Source of the DNA: an uncultured Chthonomonadaceae bacterium | GTDB taxonomy: Bacteria > Armatimonadota > Chthonomonadetes > Chthonomonadales > Chthonomonadaceae | Length of the DNA stretch: 64,000 nucleotides | Assembly (NCBI GenBank): GCA_963817895.1 | Contig: CAWFQB010000001.1 | Location: 224,001 to 288,000 of the forward strand | Direction of reading: 5' to 3' | Shown here: in pieces, positions 21,112 through 30,328 of the stretch | Layout: each line of letters begins with the position of its first letter | Numbering within the stretch: the first letter of the stretch is position 1 | Translations under genes and position numbers: made by a program | The notes under the pieces: generated by a model | Database searches by the model: none | What the model saw: only the letters and a program-made list of their open reading frames with translations | What the model was told of the DNA's origin: nothing

Positions 21112-21222
21112 TGTTGAGGTTGTTAGGGTGTTAGTTGTTAGGTTGTTAAGGTAATGCGTGTCACAACACATTTCCTTATGGTTGGCATGGTAAACCTAAC
21201 AACCTAACAACCTAACAACCTA
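21112..21222. repeat. Inverted repeat of TGTTAGG-like tandem units
   Basis: ggttgttagggtgttagttgttaggttgtt ... aacctaacaacctaacaacctaacaaccta. Confidence 0.8.
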
Positions 21223-21621
21223 CTCCCCACTCCCCACCACTGCGATATGCGCTTTCGCGCCGAGCAGGACGCCCGCAAACGTTTCGCTTGCTACAATCAC
21301 CGCGAACGTCAGGAAGTACATGCCGCCCCAGAACGCGCCCAACTCGTCGCCGATGAACCGGGAGATGTGGTAGAAAAAGTACATCGGCAGGAAACTTAGC
21401 AGCAGGCTCCACCACAGGTTCATGCGTTTGGCGCGGCTCGGCCCGACAATCAGCCCGACCGTGAAGCCCCACGTAAACTGAATGCCCAGTATCGTCCACA
21501 GGGCCAGCAGAAACATCCATTCGGGCGGCTCCTGCCGCGTTTCAAACAGATACAGCCACAAACAGCAAAACAACAGGTGCAGTATAAGCAGCGGCTTGCC
21601 CCATAAACGCGGGTTTTTCAT
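21220..21621 (-). CDS. Membrane protein (about 4 TM segments)
   Basis: Hydrophobic segments; AAGGAG RBS. Confidence 0.75.
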   Translation of the reverse strand: MKNPRLWGKPLLILHLLFCCLWLYLFETRQEPPEWMFLLALWTILGIQFTWGFTVGLIVGPSRAKRMNLWWSLLLSFLPMYFFYHISRFIGDELGAFWGGMYFLTFAVIVASETFAGVLLGAKAHIAVVGSGE

Positions 21622-21763
21622 GGACGGCTCCTTTTCCCTCTTCTGACTCCGATCTCCCGATGCGAGTCCGGCATTATGTGTTGGACGACACAGCCGCCCC
21701 TTGCGCTACGCTATTTTCGCCGTTAGCAAGCATTTTTCCTGTACCCTCTTTCTATTCCCTGCG

Positions 21764-22006
21764 CTACATGGAAACCGGCGCGGCGTAAGCGCATAGAATT
21801 TCGGCATTGGACTTGCCTTTCCACTCGGCGCGAATGTCTTCCGGTTCGAGTCCCTCTCCCAATAACTCATCAAAGACTTCGAGAAGTTGCTCTTCCTGAT
21901 CTAATTCTTCTTCAGTCTTCCCGGCTTCTATCCATTCTTGCCGTATGATTTCCCGCGCCTGCTGCATGGCGCGATTAGTTCTTTCCTGTTGTTCTGGCGT
22001 GTTCAT
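21764..22006 (-). CDS. Small acidic hypothetical protein, copy 1 (80 aa)
   Basis: MNTPEQQ...EWIEAGKTEEELDQE...EWKGKSNAEILCAYAAPVSM. Confidence 0.75.
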   Translation of the reverse strand: MNTPEQQERTNRAMQQAREIIRQEWIEAGKTEEELDQEEQLLEVFDELLGEGLEPEDIRAEWKGKSNAEILCAYAAPVSM

Positions 22007-22019
22007 CGGTCATCCTGTG

Positions 22020-22262
22020 CTACATGGAAACAGGCGCAGCGTATGCCTGTAAGAATCTCCGCGTTAGACTTGCCTTGCCATTCAGCGTCTATCTCTTCTT
22101 CCGCGCGACCAGAAGCAAGCAGTCTGCCAAAAAGCGTAATGAGTTGTCTTTCCTGATCCAGTTCTTCTCTGGTTTTCCCGGCATCCAGCCATTCCTGATC
22201 CATGATTGCCAGGCAGGCTGATAGATTTGTTCGTAGTGTTTCTGTTCTTCCGGCGTGTTCAC
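22020..22262 (-). CDS. Small acidic hypothetical protein, copy 2 (paralogue; two compensating indels)
   Basis: GTG start gives MNTPEEQKHYEQIYQ; core EWLDAGKTREELDQE...EWQGKSNAEIL; alternate frame ends AYAAPVSM-TAG, like copy 1. Confidence 0.7.
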
Positions 22263-22325
22263 TATTTTTCCTTATTCCTCTCCGGCGCAGGCAAAAACGC
22301 AACTGTTACAGGGATTTATTAACTG

Positions 22326-22365
22326 TTACAACCCCGTACAGATTTATATCCGTACGGGGTTGTAA
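22326..22365. terminator. Strong hairpin
   Basis: ttacaaccccgtac ... gtacggggttgtaa, 14-bp stem. Confidence 0.55.
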
Positions 22366-22554
22366 GCCCATCTAATGGACAAACCATTTGAACATTGCAC
22401 AATCCTCAGTCGGCAGGACGGTTGGCCGCAGGCCTAATAACCGGCATTTTATATGCCGGGGCAGCGCGATTGTCCAATGTTATACTGATTTGTCCATAAG
22501 GCATGAATGGGTAAACAAACTTGTTTGCAGCGCTTCTGTCTTGCAGCGCGTTTC

Positions 22555-22818
22555 TCAGATGTCTCTGTTACGAATCTGATCGCAAAATGCCATGAGAAAC
22601 AGTCCCAACATAAATGCGGCAATGTGAACTATGGCGGACGGCAGGAGAACACTGCCGGTTCCGGCTGGCTGATGAGCTGTGTAAACGTTGGCAATGATTA
22701 CTACAAGGCAAAGCGTTATTAGCAGCAGCAACCCCCCATTTACATTCAAAGACATGCGCGTTGAACGTATGCTACCGGATTGTTTTGTCAGCATCGGAAC
22801 TGTTTGTTCGCTGCTCAT
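22555..22818 (-). CDS. Small membrane protein (2 TM)
   Basis: Two hydrophobic segments in an 87-aa ORF. Confidence 0.5.
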   Translation of the reverse strand: MSSEQTVPMLTKQSGSIRSTRMSLNVNGGLLLLITLCLVVIIANVYTAHQPAGTGSVLLPSAIVHIAAFMLGLFLMAFCDQIRNRDI

Positions 22819-23333
22819 CGTTTGTCTCCTGCTTGTCTTGATTTGCTTGCTGCCCTTTACCGAACACTTGTGTCAGCATTGCCATCACAAACTTGCCCGA
22901 CAAAGGGTAAAAACTTGCGCCAAGCGCCAGAAAACCTTCCGTAGGATAACCTTTGTTGACCAGAAACGCGCCTAATCCCATGCCGCAACGTCATCGCCGC
23001 TTTGTAGAGCATCTGCCAGTAATCCATGCGGCGGCCATGTCGTTTTTCTTCTAATACAGCGTTTTGCTTCAACAGTTCCGCGCGAATTTTTAGCAATGCC
23101 TCCATGTCGTTAACACTGGAAGCGCGGCCTATTCGCGCATCAAGTTCGGCAATAACATCACTTCTAACAATTTCATTCTTTTGCTGTAGAATTGCTTCCG
23201 CAACGGCTTGCGTTTGCTGCGTTATTTCCTGCGACTTTTGGACGACAGGAATTACAAGCGACGTATTGGCAGGAACCTCTTGTTTAATGGTAACTTGCGG
23301 CTGTTGCTCTTCGGGCTGTTCGTGTCGCAGCAC
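22772..23333 (-). CDS. Coiled-coil protein with C-terminal TM segments (frameshift near 22985)
   Basis: ORF 22857..23351 joins 22772..22981; GAGGT RBS before GTG 23333. Confidence 0.55.
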
Positions 23334-23381
23334 ATTTACCTCACACGCCAATTCAAGTCGCTTGAAATATCTTACGTCAAC

Positions 23382-23410
23382 AATATAGCATAGCCGGCTT
23401 CAACAGTCAA
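23382..23410 (-). promoter_or_regulatory. Sigma70-type promoter
   Basis: TTGACT-17 nt-TATATT with TGn extension on the - strand. Confidence 0.65.
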
Positions 23411-23430
23411 CCCCTTTTTGTAGAAGTCAA

Positions 23431-23479
23431 CGGCCTTACGCCACAATCTTCGATAATGAAAGATTGTGGCGCAAGGCCG
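23431..23479 (-). terminator. Hairpin downstream of rnj
   Basis: cggccttacgccacaatctt / aagattgtggcgcaaggccg. Confidence 0.6.
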
Positions 23480-23521
23480 CAGAGAGAAACGCCGCATTTC
23501 CGGAACACCCAACACCTGAAC

Positions 23522-25212
23522 TTAGATTTCCATAATCACGGGAACCACGACGGGGCGGCGGCGTGGTGCGCTTGCGCAGGTATTTGGCTACCGATATCGT
23601 GGACGGTGACGCGAACTGTGTCCACATCCGAGCCTTCCGTGTAGTTGAGTTCTTCCACCGCCTGACAGACTTTTTCGCTGGCCGCCTCGAAGATTTCGTT
23701 GCTGTCTTCGGGCTTGAGAAAGCCCCGCGACAGCCAATCCGGGCCGGAAAGCACTTCGCCTGTGCTGCGATCCATTGTCATCGTGACGATCACGGTTCCG
23801 TCCGTAGACAGATGCTTACGGTCGCGCAACACCACATCGGACACGCCGCCCGCGGAAATGCCGTCTACGAGTACGCTGCCGTGCGGAACCGTTTCCTTGC
23901 CCTTGCGGACGCCGTTTTCGTCCATGACCAGCATCTGCCCGACATCGAACGTCAGGATGTTTTCGGGCGGGTACTCCATGTCCAGCGCCATTTGCCGGTA
24001 CGCATGGTAGTGCCGCGCTTCGCCGTGATAGGGCGCGACGAAATCCGGGCGGGTCAGGTTGATCATCATTTTCAGTTCTTCCTGATAGCCGTGCCCGGAC
24101 ACATGCACGTTCTGAATCGCCTCGTATACTACTGTCGCGCCAAGCCGGAAAATGCGGTTGACCACGCGCCATACCATATCTTCGTTGCCCGGAATCGGCG
24201 TGGACGACAAAATGATGGTATCGCTTTTGTCAATCTGGATTTTGGAATTCTCGTCGCGGCTCATGCGCGTCAGGCCCGCAAGCGGTTCGCCCTGACTGCC
24301 CGTTGTCAGAATGGCGATTTCGGTGGGATGGTACTTGCCGATGTCCTCTACTTTTACCAGTTGGTTGTCGGCAATGCGCAAAATGCCCAGTGACCGCGCC
24401 GTTGCCACATTCTGCGTCATGCTGCGCCCGAAAATCGCCACCTTGCGCCCGTACCGCGTGGCCGTATCCACAACCGTTTGTACGCGGTGCAGGTTCGAGC
24501 CGAACGTCGCCACAATCACGCGCCCCTGACTGTCGCGCATAAACCGTTCAAAAACCGGAATCAGGCTGCGCTCGGAAGGCGACCAGCCCTTGCGCTCCAC
24601 GTTCACGCTGTCGGAAATCAGCAGGCGAACGCCCTTGTCCCCGACCTGCGCGAAACGGCTGGCGTCGAACAGGCGGTTATCAACGGGCGTGTTGTCAATC
24701 TTGAAGTCGGACGTATGCACGACCGTTCCCGACCGGCGATGTCAATAATCAGGCTGGCCGCGTCCGGCAGGCTGTGCGTGACGTGAACGGCGCGAACCGA
24801 CAGCGGCCCGAACTTGAACGGTCCCGCTGTCCGCCGGATAGGGGTTGAAACTGGTACTCGCCACCAGTCCATGTTCGCTGAGTTTTTCGCGCACCATGCC
24901 CAAAGTCAGAGGCGTACCATACAGCGGAAGCGGCAGTTGTTTCAGCACATATGGCAGCGCGCCGATATGGTCTTCGTGCCCGTGCGTGAGGCAGATGCCC
25001 TTGACCATTTCGCGGTTTTCCAGCAGATAGGTAATGTCGGGAATAATCAGGTCAACGCCGGGCTGTTCTTCATTGGCGAAACTGACGCCGCAGTCCACAA
25101 CGAGAATCGTGTCCTCATAGCGAAACGCCAGCATGTTTTTGCCGATGTCGCCGCTGCCGCCCAGAGAGATGATTTGCAGTTTGCCGTTCGTGCCGTTTTC
25201 AATATCAGCCAA
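23522..25212 (-). CDS. rnj: Ribonuclease J (several apparent frameshifts)
   Basis: LGGSGDIGKN, THGHEDHIG, DFKID, TGSQGEP, HVSGH, PYHGE, C-terminal RRPVVVPVIMEI. Confidence 0.92.
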
Positions 25213-25236
25213 AATCGTACCTTTCGGGAAGAAATT

Positions 25237-25360
25237 TGAACCACAGAGGCACAGGAACACGGAGGATTCACAGAGAAAAGCGAGAGAGGGAGCGGAATGG
25301 AGAGTACCCTTTCACCTGCCTGTGTCAATCCTCAATGTTGCTATGTGCCTGTGGTTCAAA
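25237..25360. repeat. Imperfect inverted repeat of CACAGAG-type units
   Basis: ttgaaccacagaggcaca ... tgtgcctgtggttcaa. Confidence 0.7.
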
Positions 25361-25426
25361 ATGTGTTCGTATTAAGGGGCGCAGTCCGTACAGCGTACGC
25401 CCTTATGTCTATCTAACCTGTACGTA

Positions 25427-26328
25427 TCAAAGCAGGCCGTAATTAGCCAATGCCGTTTTGACAAGACTCCTTTCTTTATCGTTGGCCTCCACGAGCGGCA
25501 GGCGGAGCGAGCCGGCAGGCAGTCCAAGCATTTGCAGCGCGGCTTTGAGCGGCGCGGGCGAGGGCGTTGTCGGCTGGAAGCAGGCGCGGACAATCGGCAG
25601 CATTTTGATGTTAAGTCGCGCGGCTTCGTCCAGATTGTCCGGCAAAAAAGGCGCGGCACATCGCCTGCATGTCCTTGCCGACAAGATGCGCGGTCACGCT
25701 GACGACGCCCTGCCCGCCAACCGCCAGCAGGGGCAGGGTCATGGCATCATCGCCGCTGTACACGCTGAAACCCTCATCCGTGCCGCCCACGATTTCCGCC
25801 ACCTGCGTCAGATTGTTCGCCGCTTCTTTGGTCGCCACAATATTCGGAACATCGTTCGCCAGCCGAATGGTTGTCGCCGCGTCCATGTTCTGCGCGGTTC
25901 GGGGCGGCACGTTGTACAGCATACACGGCAGTTCAGGCACGGCAGACGGCAATCGCCTTGAAGTGCTGATACAAGCCCTCCTGCGAGGGGCGATTGTACG
26001 GCGGCACAACCAGCAACGCGCCATCCACGCCCAATTCCGCCGCTTCCTGCGTCAGTCGGATACTCGCGGCGGTGTCGTTGCCGCCCGTACCCGCAATCAC
26101 CTTGCCCCGATTGCCAACCGCCTGCTTCACAAGCGTAAACAGGCGCAGTTTCTCGTCATGTGAAAGCGTGGGCGACTCGCCCGTCGTGCCCGCCGCCACA
26201 ATGCCGTCCGAGCCGTTGTCCAGCAAATGCGCGACCATCCGCGCAATGCCATCCTCATCCATGCGCCCCTGCGCGTCAAACGGCGTCACCATCGCCGTCA
26301 GCACCCGCCCAAATACCGCCGTCCGCAT
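25427..26328 (-). CDS. dapA: 4-hydroxy-tetrahydrodipicolinate synthase (apparent frameshifts)
   Basis: TAMVTPF, GTTGESPTL, PPYNRPSQEG, LYNVPPRT, TKEA, YSGDD, LRLPL. Confidence 0.93.
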
Positions 26329-26344
26329 ACTAAACCTCCATGTT

Positions 26345-26515
26345 CACCACAGAGACACAGAGACACAGAGGTTTCACAGAGAGTTGACGAGGAGAAAAGA
26401 ACAACATGCCTTTGCCGTTGTTTATCATGTTCATCCTGAAAAATCCTGTTAATACTGTCTATTTTTCTCTCGTTCTTTCTCTGTGAAACCTCTGTGTCTC
26501 TGTGTCTCTGTGGTG
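26345..26515. repeat. Perfect 38-bp inverted repeat of (CACAGAGA)n units with internal AATCCTG units
   Basis: 26345-26382 is the exact reverse complement of 26478-26515. Confidence 0.9.
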
Positions 26516-26520
26516 CAATC

Positions 26521-27538
26521 TTAACTATTCATTCGCATCCATTTTTCCGCGATCTGGATGCCGTTGAGCGCCGCGCCCTTGAGTATCTGGTCGCCCGATA
26601 GGAACAGTTCTATGGCGTCGTCATTGGACAGGTCGTAGCGCAATCGTCCTACCAGAACCTCGTCGCGCCCGCTGGCTTCGATGGGCATGGGGAAATGGTT
26701 TTCCTCGCGGTTGTCCACGACTTGTACGCCGGGGAAACGGGCAAGCGCGGCGCGGGCGGCTTCCAATGTGGGGCGCTGTCCCGCCTCGAACTCGATGTTG
26801 ACGCTTTCGGAATGGGCGCGCACAACGGGAACGCGGATGCAGGTTGCCGAAATTTTCAGGTTCGGGTCGTGCAGGATTTTGCGCAACTCGTAGATCATTT
26901 TGCGCTCTTCCTCGTTGTAGCCCGTGTCGTCAATTTTGGTGTTGTGCGAAAACAGGTTGAAAGCAATGGGGTGCGGGAACACGCGCGGCATGATGGCTCG
27001 ATCCCGCAGAACATCATTGGTCTGTTCCAACAGTTCCTGCATGGCCTGCGCCCCTGCGCCACTCGCCGCCTGATACGTGGACGCCACAATGCGCCGAATG
27101 GGAGCCAATTTGCGCAGGGGCGCGACCGCCATCAGCATCACAATCGTTGAGCAGTTGGGATTGGCGATAATGCCTTTGTGTTCGGCAATGTCGTCCGGGT
27201 TCACTTCGGGAATCACAAGCGGAACATTCGGGTCCATGCGGTACGCGCTGCTGTTGTCAATCACGAGCGCGCCGGAACGGACGGCAGGCGGCGCGAACTC
27301 CTTGCTGCGCGAACCCCCGGCGGAAAAAAAGGCGATGTCAATGCCCTTGAAACTGTCTTCCGACAAGCAGTTCAACGGTATGCGGCTTGCCGCGAAAGGC
27401 GAGCGTTCGGCCTACGGAGCGTTCCGAGGCCAGCAGGCGCAGGGATTGCAGGGGAAACTCGCGCGATTCCAGCAGTTGCAAAAATTCCGTGCCAACGGCT
27501 CCGGTCGCGCCCGCAATGGCGACGTGATAGGTTCTCAT
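26521..27538 (-). CDS. asd: Aspartate-semialdehyde dehydrogenase (frameshift near 27365)
   Basis: GATGAVG, IDNSSAYRM, PEVN, ANPNCST, RVPVVRAHSE, KGAALN. Confidence 0.95.
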
Positions 27539-27765
27539 AACCAAGTTCTTCCTGTATCAAGGGTTTATTGCTTGCCCAATGGCGTCAATCTTAATACAAG
27601 TGTACTCTACGCGCCCGGTCAGCGTCAACCGTGAACAGACAATGACACTGAGGCAGGACAAAAACAGGAACACGCTGTATACTGAATAGAGCAAATAGTG
27701 AATGATCGCGTAACCTTGGCCGCTTTTCGCTCTCTAACCCTTAAAAGGCTGGCAGGAGGATTTGC

Positions 27766-28113
27766 ATGACCGCTTTAACTGCTGAATTGCCCAACGCCAA
27801 TGCGCTAGCGCGGCATTATACATTGCGCTGTTCTGACGCGATAGTTGATTTTGTCAGCGCATATTCTTTTCTGTTGCCGTTGCTTCTGGAAGCGCCCGCG
27901 CATGTTCAGCGTTGCTTTGGCGCGGATGCGCAACTGGCGCTGAAATTGTTTTTCGACGAGGAGAGCCATTCTTCCCCTGAACTTTTCCTGTTGATTGAAA
28001 CATCTGAAGAAGCCGGAAAAGCCATGCAAAAACAGGAACGTTTGTGGCAGTCATGGTGGAGGGACGCTTCACGCCGGACACAACAAATGAATATAAGCGT
28101 GGAGTTCGTTTGA
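27766..28113 (+). CDS. Small hypothetical protein of the type found upstream of HEPN-like toxin genes
   Basis: FLLPLLLEAP...CFG...ELFLLI...WW...ISVEFV pattern; GGAGGA RBS; TGATG overlap into MLFDWAD. Confidence 0.6.
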   Translation: MTALTAELPNANALARHYTLRCSDAIVDFVSAYSFLLPLLLEAPAHVQRCFGADAQLALKLFFDEESHSSPELFLLIETSEEAGKAMQKQERLWQSWWRDASRRTQQMNISVEFV

Positions 28114-28160
28114 TGCTTTTCGATTGGGCAGATGCTTCACAGATAAAAGAACCAAAGGTT

Positions 28161-29546
28161 ATGAAGAACCAAGCACACCGGCACGACGTGGGCGTATTTC
28201 GCCGCGAACTGCTGCAAATAGGGTTTTTGGGCGCGTTCGGCATGATGCTGCCGGATGCGTTTACGCCTGCGCAGGCGGCGCAACGGCGCGGGCCAAAAGC
28301 GAAGAACATTCTGCTGGTGTGGATGCCGGGTGGCCCGCCGCAAATGCACCTGTGGGATGTCAAGCCCGACTCGCCCGCGCAGTGCCGGGGTACGGCGCAA
28401 CCCATTAAAACGAGTGCGCCGGGAATACAGTTAGGTTCCGGCCTGCCGCTGACCGCGAAAGTGGCGCATCATCTCGCCCTTGTCCGTACCATGACGCTCA
28501 ACAAGGAGGACGAGAACCACATTCCCGGCCACCAACTGCTGCTGTCCGGCATTGACGAGCGGCCCGCCACCTTTAAGTTTTTCGCTACCCGCAACGACTG
28601 GCCGAGTATCGGTTCCGTGATTTCCGCGCTGAAACCGGCGCAAAATGGCCTGCCCACTGCCGTACACCTGCCCGTTCGTATCAAGTTTGAGGGCAGCCCC
28701 TGTCCCGGCGAAACGGCGGGGTGGATGGGCAGCAAGTACGACCCGTGGCTTATCGAGCGCGACCCGAACGATCCGAAGTTTGCCGTACCTGATTTATCGC
28801 CGGTTGCCGGAATGACGGTTGATCGCCTGCGCAATCGGCAGCAGCTTCTCACGGACGTGGACGCTTACCGCAGGGATTTGGACAAAAATCTGGATGCGCG
28901 GCAATTGACAGACGCGCAGCAGAAAGCCTTTACGCTCACGACCTCGCCGGATGTGCGCAAAGCGTTCGATCTGGCGCAGGAACCCTCTGCCCTGCGTGAC
29001 CGGTACGGACGCCATACGTGGGGACAATCGCTGCTGCTGGCGCGGCGTCTGGTGCAGTCGGGCGTGACGTTCGTGCAGGCGAATATGGGCGGGCTAAACC
29101 ATTGGGACTACCACGATAAGGAAAACGATGGCCTGAAACGCGACTTGCCCCCGTTCGATCAAGCGTTCAGCGCGTTAATTGAAGACCTGAACCAGAAGGG
29201 TATGCTGGACGAAACGCTTGTCATCGTGATGAGCGAAATGGGCCGCAACCCGGTTATGGGCAAGCCTGTTACGGGTTCTACCGACAACGGCGCGCGGGCG
29301 GACGGGCGCAACCACTGGCAATGGGGCTGGACGGGCGTGTTCGCGGGCGGCGGCGTCCGGGGCGGCAATGTCATCGGGCAAAGCGACGAGTGGGCCGGCT
29401 TCCCCAACAGCAAAGCGTTTTATCCGTCCGACCTGAGCGCGACTATCTTCAGCGCATTGGGTATCGCGCCCCAATCAGAAATTCATGACATGCAGAACCG
29501 TCCCGTCGCCATTAGCAAGGGCAATGTCATGTCGGAATTGTTCTAA
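28161..29546 (+). CDS. DUF1501 family protein (Tat-like RR leader)
   Basis: RRELLQIG, WMPGGPPQ..WDVKP, RYGR..GQSLLLARRLV, WDYH, SEMGR, GRNHW, GGGVRGG. Confidence 0.92.
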   Translation: MKNQAHRHDVGVFRRELLQIGFLGAFGMMLPDAFTPAQAAQRRGPKAKNILLVWMPGGPPQMHLWDVKPDSPAQCRGTAQPIKTSAPGIQLGSGLPLTAKVAHHLALVRTMTLNKEDENHIPGHQLLLSGIDERPATFKFFATRNDWPSIGSVISALKPAQNGLPTAVHLPVRIKFEGSPCPGETAGWMGSKYDPWLIERDPNDPKFAVPDLSPVAGMTVDRLRNRQQLLTDVDAYRRDLDKNLDARQLTDAQQKAFTLTTSPDVRKAFDLAQEPSALRDRYGRHTWGQSLLLARRLVQSGVTFVQANMGGLNHWDYHDKENDGLKRDLPPFDQAFSALIEDLNQKGMLDETLVIVMSEMGRNPVMGKPVTGSTDNGARADGRNHWQWGWTGVFAGGGVRGGNVIGQSDEWAGFPNSKAFYPSDLSATIFSALGIAPQSEIHDMQNRPVAISKGNVMSELF

Positions 29547-29569
29547 AACCGGCGTCAGGAGAGATTTTA

Positions 29570-30220
29570 ATGTTTCCAATCCTTGTTTGTCTTTCTCTGC
29601 TCGGAGGGGTTTGTAATATGCCTCCCGCGACACAAACTTCTCAGCAAAAGGCGGAAACCAAAACTAACGGTTCGCCACTGCTCCGTGAGCGCGTTGACAT
29701 GGGAGCATCCACATTCCCTTCTGTAGACGAGGCCCTGCGGACGCTTGCCCGACGCACCCATGCCCGGATCAATCTCCAATTGTTTTCTGATGGAGCCGAG
29801 GCTTCACAGAAAGAAAAGGCTTTCACATTGGCCGCGCAGGAAGCGTCCGTTGGGCAGATGCTCGCCAACCTCAAAGCCTCCGTTCCCGGCCTGACATGGA
29901 CGACGGATGAGGTAAGCATTACCATCACAATATGGCGCTCCAAGAATGTCAATCCTCTGGATGCGCCTGTCACCACTGAAGTAAACAGGAAATTCACGGC
30001 TTTAGAACTGGCTATGTGGATGAATTTTGTCTATGTGGAGGATTACGGCTCCTTTGACAGCAAGCAGACATGCGAAATGCACATACTGCCGGGAGTGACG
30101 CGGCGCATGGTCCTCAACTCCTTTGCCGGCAAAATGCAATTGCGCTGGATCGCTCAAGTCTCAAACGCCCGGATACAAAATCCTGTTCAGTTCGTGCAGA
30201 AATTTTCGTCCGGAGAGTAA
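29570..30220 (+). CDS. Secreted hypothetical protein
   Basis: AGGAG RBS and signal-like N-terminus; 3' end may be frameshifted. Confidence 0.6.
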   Translation: MFPILVCLSLLGGVCNMPPATQTSQQKAETKTNGSPLLRERVDMGASTFPSVDEALRTLARRTHARINLQLFSDGAEASQKEKAFTLAAQEASVGQMLANLKASVPGLTWTTDEVSITITIWRSKNVNPLDAPVTTEVNRKFTALELAMWMNFVYVEDYGSFDSKQTCEMHILPGVTRRMVLNSFAGKMQLRWIAQVSNARIQNPVQFVQKFSSGE

Positions 30221-30328
30221 GTTCCTTGACCGTATCTTTCCCTGCGGGTGGATGCCTGGTGAAAAGGTCGGCCTGCGCGGACTGAAGGCGAACCTTGTTA
30301 CCAAAGCTTAATTAGTCATCAGTTGTTT

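Noticed and set aside
23522..27538. rnj, dapA and asd as pseudogenes
   Set aside because: Indels are scattered through the whole window, often at homopolymers, with intact motifs on both sides. Sequencing error is far more likely than decay of core genes.
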